Positions 1-13,395 of a DNA stretch of 64,000 bases are shown here, in pieces. This stretch comes from Octopus sinensis (lineage: Eukaryota). A program made the translations under genes and the position numbers. Position 1 is the first letter of the stretch, and every line of letters starts with the position of its first letter. Where the stretch lies: NCBI RefSeq assembly GCF_006345805.1, contig NC_042999.1:71052001-71116000 (forward strand), read 5' to 3'. The notes below the pieces were generated by a model that saw nothing but the letters and a program-made list of their open reading frames with translations, had not been told where the DNA came from and made no database searches.

Positions 1-1100
1 AATTTTTTACTCTCGATTACAACTTCCATGATATAATCAACAACTAATAGAAAACAGAGTGGCTCATCTACGCCGATGACCTCTCAATGCATTTGAAGCA
101 GAAGAAACAAACGTCATCTCGGTTCTTGATAAACAATTCCTCTATTACGAACGCAACCACCTACATACCAACCTTGTGAAGACTCAAGGCTGCTTATTCC
201 ATCTCAGGAATCGTGAAGGCAACCGACCTCTTAACATTAAATGGCTTGGAACATCACTGGAGCGCTCTATCCACCTTGTTAACCATGGACTAATCTTGGA
301 TTGCACTCACTCTTCTAAGGAGTACACCAAAAACACCAAACTGAAAGTTGGTTTCTGAAACAATATCCTAAGGAAGCTGGTCAATTTGAAATGGGAAATC
401 ACAGCTCACACATTAAAATCTACAGCTATGATCTCGTATTACTCCTCCGCGGATTATGCGTGTCCTGTCTAAGATAGATCAACTCAAGCCTGAAACTTGA
501 TCCTGCGTCGTACACCATCTGCTGCCTGATCAAAAGTTACACGAACCCACCCACACAAACAACTTGCACCTCTTCGTCGGCATTGTCCCTGCTGATACCA
601 CCGGAAGTAATCAGCCGAGTCGAGGTGACAAAGGCTATTAGTGACAAACATCACCTCCTCCGTAGATATTAACCCTCAGCCCAACGATAGAAGTCATGAA
701 GAAGCTTCCTTAGCCATATCCAGTTCCTAATAACTTCTAGAAATGAAACCAATCTCCAGATCTGGATGGAAGAGATTGTGAACGACCCTTCTCCAATCGA
801 TATGGGAATCCTCCTCTGCTGAAGGCTTCTCTCCTAGATGAGAAGCACTATAGATTAAGTGGACGATACTCATAAACTTGGAGCGAGCACAAATTGATCA
901 AAAGTTGACAAGTTTGGGACTACACGACAGACCCAACCACCTATGAATGTGAAGAAGCAGGCCATACTTGGGAGCACTGTTTTTTTCTGCCAGCTGCTAT
1001 CCGATCCTGCAGCTCGGAAGACCTTGCAGAATCCCACAACATGTAAATAACTGTGTAAAGAAATAGGAAACTGTCACATACCCAATACACTTCGAAGAAC
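1..1100 (+). mobile_element. Degenerate 3' part of a Vingi/Ingi-like (I-group) LINE ORF2
   Basis: IYADDL RT motif at ~66-83, then KTQGCLFHLRNREGNRPLNIKW, NILRKL and YSSADYACPV typical of Vingi/Ingi RT C-termini; Cys/His remnant near 945-980; many stops and frameshifts. Confidence 0.7.
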
Positions 1101-2889
1101 CGAAAGAAGTAGATAGAAATGGTGATAAGAAGCATTCTTGATGAAGTCCGGTATTTGATGTCAAAGTATCTATTGCCAAAATAGTCAGTGTTTATAAATT
1201 CACTTTAGCGAGTCCTAAGCCCAGTTCCAGTTTGGGCTTGGAACACAGAAAACCCGGAAAACGCTACAGAATCGGAAAAAAAAATCACTACAGGACAGCA
1301 CAAAAATGAAAGTTTTCATCAAGCCCAAATAATGATTAAATCGTAATAGAGAATTTTTCGTGAAGCAGAATGAAATTCTTGAAGGGACCCTTTATGGTAA
1401 CATTGATGTATTTGATCTGTTTTTTCGACTGTTATCTCTTAATTCAATAGGGCTGATTACCTTTAATCTATACATCTGATCGGTCACGCAATGGACTCTA
1501 TCCACTCTTTGACGTGGTTAAAATATATAATAATCATATAACTCCTAGGGATCACCGCTGGATGAATTTTAAGCAGTGTTGTATAGCATTTTACTGAGAG
1601 CGTTCCTTCTAAATCTAATTAGATATCAAATAAGCAATAACTCCTCGCGGCAAAATACTGAAGCACTGTATACATAACGAATATTTTGTCCACTTTTAGA
1701 GCTTGAGTGCAAAATATTCTCATGAAACGATTTACTTCATTAGAAAGATTTACCATTGATGCATAAATATATTTTGCAACTTAGAGTTGAGATTTTTTTT
1801 ATAGAAACACGACCAATTTGTGTTTTATTTCATACTACTATATGTAAAGTCTATATTTGATGTTCAAGTCGGATACCAAACCAAGAAATTCGAACACATT
1901 TTCTAAGAACGTATTTTTCTCAAAATTTCATAAAATCGATTAGATCGATTTTATCCCGAAGAATAATTTTGTTTCTTTGACGGTGCTTTAACGGAGTCCG
2001 ACATTTAGAATTGTAGCAACCCTCCAAAATAGAAATAATATTGCAACACTAAATGAATATTTGATATAAAATTATAGAAACACATTGGAAACGTTTTCTG
2101 GATGACAGTTTAATTTCGTAGAGGAAATCGAAATACAAATAAAAAAAGAAAATTAATGACATCATAATTTCCGGAAAGCGCAAATAGATGAATCGATGCA
2201 CAGACAACCGAGCAGTCAGTGGTTCGTATTCTAAGATTGACAAAGGGACCCTCAAACCGACTTGTACGAACATTTGATGTGGTGGGAATAAGAAGCCATT
2301 ATTAGAAGTGAAAAGAGTAATATTGTAAAACTGATCGTTTGCTACCGCATTGTGCGAATCCAACTCTTCATAAATATAATAGCATAGAGATGGATGAAAC
2401 GTACTTGTATGATGATGGAGTCTTCAAGGTCGCAATATTCGGTTGTATGAATTGAGACACAGTATGGTCAATATAATTAAACTACTGAAGCCCGACTGTC
2501 AATTTTGCGTTGTTGTCATATCTTAAGTATTCAATAATTAAATTGTAATCGATACGAATGATTAAGAAAAAAACTCTCAAAAAAAAAAGAAAAACAAACA
2601 TACCGGTGTACAAATTGAAGGCCAACAATTTCATACTATCTGTGAGATGAAAATTGTAAACTATTCCGTTTATATTCGTCAACTTGCCGCTTCATCGGCG
2701 TGTTACAGAATATTTCTAAGTATATAGACTAAGAGTAAATAAGTTTCTAACTAAAGCCAGACAAATATTACTACTGATTAAATTTTTATCAAGTACTCTC
2801 ATAAATAAAAGTCTTAACAAAATCAATATATAGAGACCAACATTAAATATATTTCAAACATATAATAAAATGGTTAAAAGTGTAATGCG

Positions 2890-3076
2890 CACACACATGC
2901 ACATACATATACACACATACACACACATACACACACAAGCACATGCAAACACATACCTGTGGATATATATATATATATATATATATGTATACGTATGGAT
3001 ATATATAAAAATATACGTGTGTGTGTTTGCACTATATAAAAATGTGTGTGTATATGTATGTATTCATATATGTGTG

Positions 3077-3130
<54 letters not shown>

Positions 3131-3159
3131 GTCTGTGTGCGTATATATATATATATATA
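2890..3159. repeat. Compound (CA)n/(AT)n/(GT)n microsatellite
   Basis: Directly visible; source of the YI/HT-repeat ORFs. Confidence 0.95.
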
Positions 3160-3623
3160 GTATTTAATCATATCAAAGGAAAATGGAATTTAATTAAAAT
3201 TAGAATATTCAATCAAAATTTACATTTCCAGTGGTCTAATGTGTAAAAAGAATTGGTCAAGAAGACTAATTGGTCAATTAGTCATACGATGTAGTGTATA
3301 TTTATACACATAAGGAATCCACTTAACGTGGATTCAACACATTAGAAAGAACAGCTAGGTTCTGTAAACCACAAAAATAACGGATAAAATTCGACAGGAA
3401 TAAATTTGGAAATGAAAAACATTTAGCATCTAGTACCCTGGACCAATTGGTTTCTGATAATCTTTTAGCGAGTCAGGGGGAACTCACAAGGTCTGATCTT
3501 CTTCAGCAAGGTCCAACCTAGGGTTAGAACATATCCAACAAGGAATATCAAAAGGGAAATGGAATTTAATAAAAATAAAAATATTCAATCAAAATTCCAT
3601 TTCCCTTTGATATGATTAAATAC
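3160..3623 (-). mobile_element. Non-coding Penelope-pLTR/retrozyme-like element inserted in (AT)n (family H1)
   Basis: 32-bp terminal inverted repeat (3160-3191 vs 3592-3623, 1 mismatch), internal direct repeat (3171 vs 3546), (AT)n on both sides, hammerhead motif inside. Confidence 0.65.
3435..3512 (-). ncRNA. Type I hammerhead ribozyme
   Basis: Minus strand ACCUUG-CUGAAGA-[stem II with GUGAGUU/GACUCGC]-GAAA-CC AAUU GG-UC-CAGGGU; 6-bp stem I, intact core, palindromic stem III, GUC cleavage triplet. Confidence 0.75.
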
Positions 3624-3663
3624 TATATATATATATATATATACGCACACAGACATATGTATA

Positions 3664-3730
<67 letters not shown>

Positions 3731-3834
3731 ATATATATATATATATGTATGTATGCATATATATATGTATATATATATATATGTACATATATATGTATAT
3801 ATGTACGTATATATATGTATATATAGTACACATA

Positions 3835-4040
3835 GTTAAGATTTATAGAAAGACAAAAACGAAAAGTGGTGCATGAACTACCAGCAGGTGTATTAGTGTG
3901 ACGCTCGAGAAAAATGGAAAAGTCTTCTAGTTTTTGAGCCTACGGTCTCCGACAGAAAAGAATAAGAGGAATAAGAGGAAATAAATAAAGAGAAGGAAAA
4001 AAAAACGTGTTAAGTTCAGTGGTCCAACATGGTGTTTATA
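3835..4040 (-). mobile_element. Degenerate copy of minimal-hammerhead element family H2
   Basis: tattagtgtgacgctcg...aaagtct...gagcctacgg...gacagaaaag aligns with 7857-7985 and 54680-54828; follows an (AT)n tract. Confidence 0.6.
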
Positions 4041-4042
4041 TA

Positions 4043-5322
4043 CGAGGGACGTTCAATAAGTAATGCCTCTGACCCACTTGCAGTTATTTGATCTAGCTGA
4101 AATTTTGCATGTGCAATTATTCATATCCCTATAGATTAAGTGGCAAATTACAGCTCTGAACTAATTGTATTTTCTGATTTACAGGTGTTTGAACTGGGTC
4201 AAGTGTGAAATGGAGCCTGTTGAGTGTCGAGCAGTGATCCGGTTTTTGTATTTGAAAGGATGCACACGACGGGAGACTTTTGATGAAATGAAAGTAACTT
4301 ATGGTGATGATGCCCCATCATATGACCTTGTAAAACGCTGGCATCGTGAATTCAAACATGGTCGGAACTCTGTGGAAACAGCTCCCAGATCTGGTCGCCC
4401 CCTTCTGCTATTGATGAGGCATCTGTCCGTCAAGTTGAGGCTGCCATTTTGGAAGATCGACGCATAACTATTCGCCAAATAGCCCATGAGATCAAGATTA
4501 GTACCGGGTCTGTGGAAACTATCATTCATGACCATTTGCATATGCAAAAGGTGTCTGCTAGATGGATTCCCAGGTTGCTCACGCCTTTCCAGAAGCAAGA
4601 ACGCGTCGAGTGCTCGAGGATGAATTTGGAGATGTGCCAAGAAGATGAGTCAAAATTTTTCAAAATACTGATTACACAGGATAAAACCTGGATCCATCAC
4701 TATGATCCAGAGACCAAAGCCCAGTCAATGCAGTGGAAGCACCATGACTCACCTCCTCTAAAGAAGGCAAAGGTGCAGCCCTCCGCTGGCAAGGTCATGC
4801 TCACAGTCTTCTGGGACCAGGACGGAGTAGTGATGACAGATTTCCTGGCAAAGGGTACCACAATTACAGGAGCCTATAATGCTTCACTTTTGAGGAAATT
4901 AAGAGAAGCTATCAAAATCAAGAGGCGGGGCAAGATCAGCAAAGGCATCGACAACGCTCCGGTCCACAACTCGCGTGTCGCCAGATCAGAAGCACAGGCG
5001 TGCGGCTATGAACCCCTCCTCCATCCCCCCTACTCTCCTGACCTTGCGCCCTCTGATTTTCTCCTCTTTCCAGCCATGAAGTTGTTTTTGAAAGGAAAGC
5101 ATTTCCCAGATGATGCAGCCTTGATTTCTGAAGTCACGTCGTGGTTGGAGGACCAAGCTGGGGTCTTCTACAAAAACGGTCTCCAGAGCTGCATCAAACG
5201 ATGGAAGAAATGCGTACCTCTTGGTGGTTCCTATGTAGAAAAAGACTAATAACTGTGCCAAGTTTCGTTGCTCTACTGCTATGGGAAGTGGGTCAGGGGC
5301 ATTACTTATTGAACGCCCCTCA
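4043..5322 (+). mobile_element. Full-length mariner (DD34D) DNA transposon, ~1.28 kb
   Basis: ~37-bp TIRs (cgagggacgttcaataagtaatgcctctgacccactt / aagtgggtcaggggcattacttattgaacgcccctca), TA on both sides, transposase inside. Confidence 0.95.
4210..5249 (+). pseudogene. Mariner transposase, frameshifted near 4400
   Basis: HTH N-terminus (MEPVECRAVIRFL...SGRP), WIPRLL, ITQDKTW, DNAPVH, HPPYSPDLAPSDF; one frameshift and a short deletion before DNAP. Confidence 0.92.
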
Positions 5323-5348
5323 TATATAACTTAGATAACTATGATATA

Positions 5349-5554
5349 GTACCAGCTAGAAACAAGAAGTGACTCAATTAGCCATAAAAAGCACTTATCT
5401 TAATAAGTTGACTAAAGAGATGCAGATCTGCTTAACTTGTGAGCTTGTCTCACTACGGTACGTATCTTTCTCGTTCCCTCTGTTTTGTCCACTTAAGTGC
5501 GTTTTGTGGCTAATTGAGTCGTTTTTTGACTCATGTTTCTAGCAATGCTGGTAC
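5349..5554. repeat. Imperfect foldback (inverted repeat)
   Basis: gtaccagc-tagaaaca-gactcaattagccataaaaagcactta is mirrored by taagtgcgttttgtggctaattgagtc-tgtttctagc-gctggtac. Confidence 0.7.
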
Positions 5555-5579
5555 CATTGTGTACTCTTGTTTCTCCCCC

Positions 5580-5652
<73 letters not shown>

Positions 5653-6849
5653 AAAGAGGACAAGAAACAATTTTTCTGCACATAAATTTTTCCATTAAGT
5701 CCAAGTGTAGACTTATCCTTCACACATAACGCTTATATTTCCATGGTCATTATAATACACCTATGTCTATTCCTTCATTAATTTCTCCATCAACATTAGT
5801 ACCTTAGAAGACGACTGTTAATTTTTTACTTTAACCTGCGGGCTTTAAATTAATCGCTTAAATTTTAAACCTTAACCACTTAGATATTTTAAAATTATTA
5901 AATATTTAACTGGCCTCTCCATTCATGCCTGCTTCTCCATTTATCCTTTAATATATTCACACACCCCCATAGATAGAATATATCTATAGCTACTGATCGT
6001 AACCAACTGGTATTCAACACACACAAATATTTACTGCTTGACCTCTTGCCCCAACTTGAGGAATTGTGCTGGTATTTTCCCTGTTATTCTCTTTATTTCT
6101 TTCCCTATTCACCTTGATCCTTTTAATTTTTATTTTTATCCTCCATTATCTTCCTCTCCTCTTTTATCTGTGCCCTTATTTTTACAATTTATTCTCATTC
6201 TTATTTTTATTTCTCCTTTTTCTATTTTCTATTTTCTATTTTCATTTTTTGTATTTTTTATATATTTTATTTTAATTTTTTATGCTTTTTATTATTTTAA
6301 GTCTTAATTTTTACTCTATAATTTTATATTTTTTTATTCTTATTCTTCTAACCAGTCCCTCTGACAAATCCTTGCTAATACCCTGTCACTTACCTTCCTC
6401 CTCTCTCTGTTCCCACAGGCTACTCCATTTCTGTCTCCCTCCTCCTTAACCGCGCATTCCCTTTCTTTCTCTTTCTTTCTCTTTCTTGGTATGGAGCTTT
6501 CTGAAAGATACGTTTAGCTTTTGGTAGTGGAAGCAAGATTCTTATTTTAAGGTTGATTCTTTGCGACGAATCATATGTGATTGTTTAAAAAAGGCTAGAA
6601 CGACAATACTAAAACGTATTTGAAACAGTGGACAACAGTCGAAATATAATGGGAGGGTAAATAAACATCCTTAAAGTGAAACAACGCATTGGTAGGTAAA
6701 TAAAGGTATTAACAAATAGAGGAGAGGAAACTCAGAATAGGTAAAGGTAAGCTTGCCAAATTTTAACGCAGCTTCAATATGGGGATTAAGATTGCTTGGT
6801 ATTGAATATTCATCGCGTACAATGTTCCTAGTCAATTTAATCACAGTCG

Positions 6850-7470
6850 TAGGTGGACAGCCGAAATAAATAAATAGACAAAATCTTTTCACTTTTATAA
6901 TATTCTCTAACTCAAACAATACACAGCAATACTCATATAAAAATATATAGAAAGTAATAATACAAAATTACAACATATGAATAAATAATAAATAAAAGAA
7001 TGTGAAAACAACTAAAAATATTCTGTAATACAAATATACGACCATATAGATTTAAAAATATGGAAAACAGTCGAAATAAATAGACAAAATCCTTTCACGC
7101 TTATAATGTTCTCTAACGAAACTCAAACTATACACACCAATACACATATAAAAAAATTAAGTAATAATGTAGAATTATAAGATATAAATAAATAATAAAA
7201 ATGTGATAAACACTAAAAAAATTCACTAATGCCAATATATGACCATACAGATTTAAAAAGTAGGGATGGCCCTACATACAAAAAACAATGTACATTCAAC
7301 GAATTTGGACAGATCTTTTAAATTAACAAACATTTACATGAAAGCAAAATGACAGATTCCAAATCCTGGTTCCCGACTGGGTCACAGCGCAGGTGGACAG
7401 TCGAACTAAATAGACAAAATCCTATCACTTTTATAAAATATTAAAAAAGTATGGAAGACCCTACACACAA
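6850..7470. repeat. Degenerate tandem repeat, ~200-bp units
   Basis: Motif acag(c/t)cgaa..aaatagacaaaatc.tt.cac.tt.ataa recurs at ~6855, ~7065 and ~7395; gaccata.agatttaaaaa at 7040 and 7241. Confidence 0.7.
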
Positions 7471-7856
7471 AAAACTATGCCCATTTACGTCCATTTACGT
7501 GGGAGCACTGGGCAAAATGTTATAGTGCATGATCATCCTTGGGATATAAGTGATGTGTGTGTGTAAAGTTTGGAGAACATCGGTTGAGAATTGAGGAAAT
7601 GTATGTGTTAGTCATTACACACACATACTGTGATTTATATATTCTCTCTCTCTCTCTTTCTATATATATATATATTATATATATATATATATATATATTT
7701 ATCATCAACAGAGGAGTCTAATGTAATCCATGGGCAGGAGAGGTGCAGCTGAAGTGTACGAGAGTAGAAAGTCCAGGTACAGAACCCGTAAAAGTTTGTT
7801 GGGTGATGAGAGGAGACATGATCAACTGGTGTGACCACGTGAGCGTGTAATATATG

Positions 7857-8198
7857 GGGAGAATTCACAAAAAACAAAAGACGAAGACAGGTGGTGTAGA
7901 CAACAAACATATGTATTAGTTTAACGCTCGGGAAATGAAAAAGTCTTTAACGTTTCGAGCCTACGCACTTCCACAGAAAGAAACAAGAAGAGAAAATAAA
8001 GAATGTGTAGTGGCTGATAGATCTCTAGCCACTACACATTCTTTATTTTCTTTCCTTGTTTCTTTCTGTGTTCCTTTCTGTGGAAGAGCGTAAGCTCGAA
8101 ACGTTGAAGACTTTTTCTCTTCCCGAGCGTTAAACTAATACATCTGTTTGTTGTCTACATCACCTGTCTTCGTCTTTTGTTTTTTTTTTGTGAATTCT

Positions 8199-8201
<3 letters not shown>
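7857..8201. mobile_element. Palindromic (foldback) pair of family H2 element next to (AT)n
   Basis: gggagaattcacaaaaaacaaaagacgaagacagg...gtgtagtggct mirrored by agccactacac...cctgtcttcgtcttttgttttttgtgaattctccc; centre near 8020. Confidence 0.85.
8074..8109 (+). ncRNA. Minimal hammerhead-like motif with A6U core variant
   Basis: CUUU-CUGUGGA-A-GAG CGUAAG CUC-GAAA-CG-UU-GAAG; mirrored copy on the minus strand at ~7945-7980. Confidence 0.5.
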
Positions 8202-8244
<43 letters not shown>

Positions 8245-8349
8245 GTGTACACACGAGATCTGATCAATGAGTATCTGGACTGTTGCCATATCAAAGAAGC
8301 TAGAGCACGTAGAATAAAGCCACTTGGCACAGATTGATCTTGAACTCTG

Positions 8350-8505
8350 CTGTGCATGCGCACTAAGTTTAAACGTTCTACCTCTCTTCTGCTGTTTACC
8401 GCAGTGCTTGGAAAGAAGATGTGTAGCGTGAGATCGTCGCATTTACCATGACAGAGAAAGTTGTCGTGGCGATACCGCCTGAGGGGCCTACGCAAAGTTG
8501 CTTCG
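8350..8505 (+). other. Weak candidate promoter/first coding exon (MTEKVVVAIPPEGPTQSCF)
   Basis: CpG-richer unique patch, NRF1-like tgcatgcgca at 8353, accATG at 8448, possible donor G|gtgtgt at 8505/8506; no homology recognised. Confidence 0.2.
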
Positions 8506-9645
8506 GTGTGTTATTATTTTTCTGTGCTTTTTCTGAGTGCTAGTATTTTTACATATTTTTCATTTCATATATTTTTGAGACTCACTGACACAGATAGCTG
8601 GATTTATGATTTCACTAGGTTAATTCTATTCATGAAAATTAGGAGTATTTCTTAAACCGTTAGCTTCACATTTCAACAGCTTAACTGAAATTTAGCCCAA
8701 GTAACAGGAACTGAGATGGATATCGTGGAACAGAAAAACTGTAGGTGATACTGATAACTTGATATTATTTTTGAATTCTGCATGGAAAAGCATATAAGAT
8801 GCAGGTATTCTTTTCCTTAAGACAAATTCTTTGTTGATCAATGTTATTCTTATCGTAGTTCACAAATCCAAGCATGAAAATGTTACTCAACTTTGGAGTT
8901 TTGGAGACAGACGCCTCCTTTTCACACACGCACACACACACGCACACACACACACCACACACACACACACACACGCACTTATATATTAATGATGTACACA
9001 AATACTTGACAGATATACATAATACTGAAATACGCATAAAGTAAACACACGCAGACAAATATATTAATATAACAAATTAAAAAAATAATAAAAAATACAA
9101 TCAATGAAGAGACAAGAGAAACAGTAAGGTGATACATGTTGATTTTATTAGGTATTTCTGTTTATTTAGAAACCTGCAATGAAATTAAATATTTATGTTT
9201 ATTTAAAAACCTACAATGAACAGGTAAGACGCTAAACTATAAATTTCACAGGGTACAGCCGTATAGTTGACACCGCTTCGCTAAACTTAAGTACTTTCTG
9301 TCTCGCTATTGGCTAAAATTACATTTAACTTCTGTAACATTTTTCTCCAATTTTTTTTTCTCCACAACATCATACCTTGAAAGCAATGAGACTGGAAGGC
9401 TACATTATTATACCCGATTTTCAGATTGTTCTTACTTCCTTTTAAAAAATGTATATTTTGCGAATGAATAAAACTAGATCCCACATTTAAATTGTTCATA
9501 TAAGAAAACTGAAATGAGACAATACATGTCTGTTCCATTAATTTACAGCTGTTTCACAATCCACGATAGTTACATAATCGACATCACATCAGTTTTCACA
9601 CATATGTTTTATATATATATATATATATATGTTTTATATATATAT

Positions 9646-10154
<509 letters not shown>

Positions 10155-10302
10155 GGTTAAGTAATTGAGATTCTAGTGAATTCTAAAGAATTCACTTGAA
10201 TATGGTCCTTACTAGGATGCACCGGAAATCTATATGGTGTTAACCATACGACAAGTGGGGTGATTACAAATAGGAAAAAAGCAACAAGAATGGATTAAAA
10301 TC

Positions 10303-10386
10303 TCGGTACGATCGTTTCGTACGAGGACATCTTTAATAAGCTACTAAAAATGCAGTGAATACAGATGGCTCGTACTCGTCAGCCGA
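10303..10386 (-). ncRNA. Type I hammerhead ribozyme, canonical core
   Basis: UCGG-CUGACGA-GUACGAG...CUCGUAC-GAAA-C GAUC G-UA-CCGA; 7-bp perfect stem II base, palindromic GAUC loop III, GUA cleavage triplet. Confidence 0.8.
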
Positions 10387-12437
10387 AAAAGCATCAGAGA
10401 ATTCCAAACATCAAAAGGGGTAGATACAAAAGAGGTTGTAAGATTAGCTGCATTGAAGAAAGTTCGATTCGTGGAGATCCGATGAAAGGTTTTAAACCTA
10501 TAGAATTTATGCATGTCTACATATAGCTCATATTGAATATTTGATCAAGTTGTGTGAAGAAATTTTCGGATACAGTCATGCAAAATTTCTGAAAATCCGA
10601 GTAAGAGGCAAAGTGACTGCCATATCATGTAGAGGAAAGTCTGAGTAAAAGCAAAGTGACTGTCATATCGTGTAGAGGAACAGATTGTTATTGAAACTTA
10701 CAAGAATCGCAGATAAGTTCGATTTTTTGGAGATCCGATGAAAAAGTCTTGAACTTACAAAAAATGTGTATGTCCTTATAGTTCATAATCCAGTTTTGTG
10801 AAGAGATTTCGGGTACAATCATGCGTAAAATATCAGGGAATCCGAATGAGAAGCAAAATGACAGTCTTATATTGTAGCGGTTCAGGTTGTTAATGAATTT
10901 ATCAAGAATCACAGAAAGAGGAGGAAGGAGGTAGAAATTTAATCAGTTACTGCTATTTAAGCTGTCAAAGAGAAAGGAAAGGGGAAGCTAAGGGGATGGG
11001 CACAAATTGATACTAACAGAAAAGTCTAAGTTTGTTTAGAACAAAATTCGAACTGAGGTCAACAATTTATTTCTTTATTTATAAATGTTACTATTAATAG
11101 ATTGTCAGGTTACAAAGAGGTCATTAGAAAGGACAGAAAAATGGGGTTGTTTTTAAATGAAATTAAACAATTATATTATTATTATACTATACTATAATAC
11201 ACTACACTATATATATTATATTAATTTTGATATATTATATCACATCACAATACACTACGATAGGTCTGGAATTAGCAGAATTAATTTTTAGTGTAAAAGA
11301 AATTAAGAGATTTAACTAACTAATATTTGTAATGGGTTAAAAAATAGACTAAGAAATGGAGATAAAAATAGAGCAAAATTTAATTTATTAATAATAATAA
11401 TATTTATTAATAATATCATTAATAATATTATTAATAAATTAAATTTTGCTCTATTTTTATCTCCATTTCTTAGTCTATTTTTTAACCCATTACAAATATT
11501 AGTTAGTTAAATCTCTTAATTTCTTTTACACTAAAAATTAATTCTGCTAATTCCAGACCTATCGTAGTGTATTGTGATGTGATATAATATATCAAAATTA
11601 ATATAATATAATATAGTGTAGTGTATTATAGTATAGTATAATAATAATATAATTGTTTAATTTCATTTAAAAACAACCCCATTTTTCTGTCCTTTCTAAT
11701 GACCTCTTTGTAACCTGACAATCTATTAATAGTAACATTTATAAATAAAGAAATAAATTGTTGACCTCAGTTCGAATTTTGTTCTAAACAAACTTAGACT
11801 TTTCTGTTAGTATCAATTTGTGCCCATCCCCTTAGCTTCCCCTTTCCTTTCTCTTTGACAGCTTAAATAGCAGTAACTGATTAAATTTCTACCTCCTTCC
11901 TCCTCTTTCTGTGATTCTTGATAAATTCATTAACAACCTGAACCGCTACAATATAAGACTGTCATTTTGCTTCTCATTCGGATTCCCTGATATTTTTCGC
12001 ATGATTGTACCCGAAATCTCTTCACAAAACTGGATTATGAACTATAAGGACATACACATTTTTTGTAAGTTCAAGACTTTTTCATCGGATCTCCAAAAAA
12101 TCGAACTTATCTGCGATCCTTGTAAGTTTCAATAACAATCTGTTCCTCTACACGATATGACAGTCACTTTGCTTTTACTCAGACTTTCCTCTACATGATA
12201 TGGCAGTCACTTTGCCTCTTACTCGGATTTTCAGAAATTTTGCATGACTGTATCCGAAAATTTCTTCACACAACTTGATCAAATATTCAATATGAACTAT
12301 ATGTAGACATGCATAAATTCTATAGGTTTAAAACCTTTCATCGGATCACCACGAATCGAACTTTCTTCAATGCAGCTAATCTTACAACCTCTTTTGTATC
12401 TACCCCTTTTGATGTTTGGGAATTCTCTGATGTTTTT

Positions 12438-12521
12438 TCGGCAGACGAGTACGAGCCATCTGTATTCACTGCATTTTTTGTAGCTTATTAAATATGTCCT
12501 CGTACGAAACGATCGTACCGA
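12438..12521 (+). ncRNA. Mirror hammerhead with mutated core (CAGACGA, U4A)
   Basis: tcgg-cagacga-gtacgag...ctcgtac-gaaa-cgatcg-ta-ccga. Confidence 0.65.
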
Positions 12522-12550
12522 TATTTTAATCCATTCTTGTTGCTTTTTTC

Positions 12551-12594
<44 letters not shown>

Positions 12595-13340
12595 TAGGTT
12601 AAAAGTTAAAATATGAACTATGCTACAAATAGCAAAAACTCTTATTATATACCATAGACAATAAATATATTCGGCAGATTACAATATATGGTTTGCTTTA
12701 AATAATCAATGACCGTAGATAAGAACAAAAATACAATAAATAAATATAATAAAATAAAAATAACAAAAATACAACATAATGGGAAAATATAGCATGTAAA
12801 TTAAGTAAAATCTGTTATCGTAAAGATTTGCTTTCTAAAAAAAGATCTGCGTTTAAATGAAAAAAGTCATGTAGTAATAAGAGAGAAGAAAATAAAAGAA
12901 ACAAATAAATAGAATGAAAATATAGAGAAAAAAGCAAAGGAGCAAAATAAGATATAAAAATCGAAATTAGAGGTTCGGTTTGTTAAATACAATGTATTTG
13001 CTTGATATATGTATTTGATATGTAGTGAAGAAATTGACCTGGTTTTTCACGCATGGCTGATCTGGATTTTCACGTACAACTGACCTGGAGTTTTACGCAA
13101 GGACCGAAATATTCGGGAACCACTGACACGTCACCATTATATACACACATGCATTTCATATGAATATTCACAAGCACATTCATACACACTCTCACACATA
13201 GACACACATCTGTACATCATTTCTTGCACAAAGCACTTATATCAAAATAGTAATTTCATAAATAGAAGACCAACATTTAGTTTAAGCAACAAAACAGGTT
13301 ATAATATTAATAATATAAATAATATATATATATATATTAT

Positions 13341-13395
<55 letters not shown>

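Larger units (their letters stand above)
10154..12556. mobile_element. Hammerhead-bearing element (family H3) forming a 2.3-kb palindrome within (AT)n
   Basis: Arms ~10268-11396 and ~11426-12556 are near-identical reverse complements (the same 74-aa ORF appears on both strands); ~30-bp AT spacer; (AT)n on both sides. Confidence 0.85.

Noticed and set aside
2049-2860. Possible Penelope RT remnant (NNGFLF...GLRVPLS) and a CCGAUGA hammerhead-like motif near 2690
   Set aside because: Similarity is too weak and the stems could not be paired convincingly
10688-12135. Twin 74-aa ORFs MILDKFINNL... on opposite strands
   Set aside because: A consequence of the palindrome; GTG start and no recognisable domain
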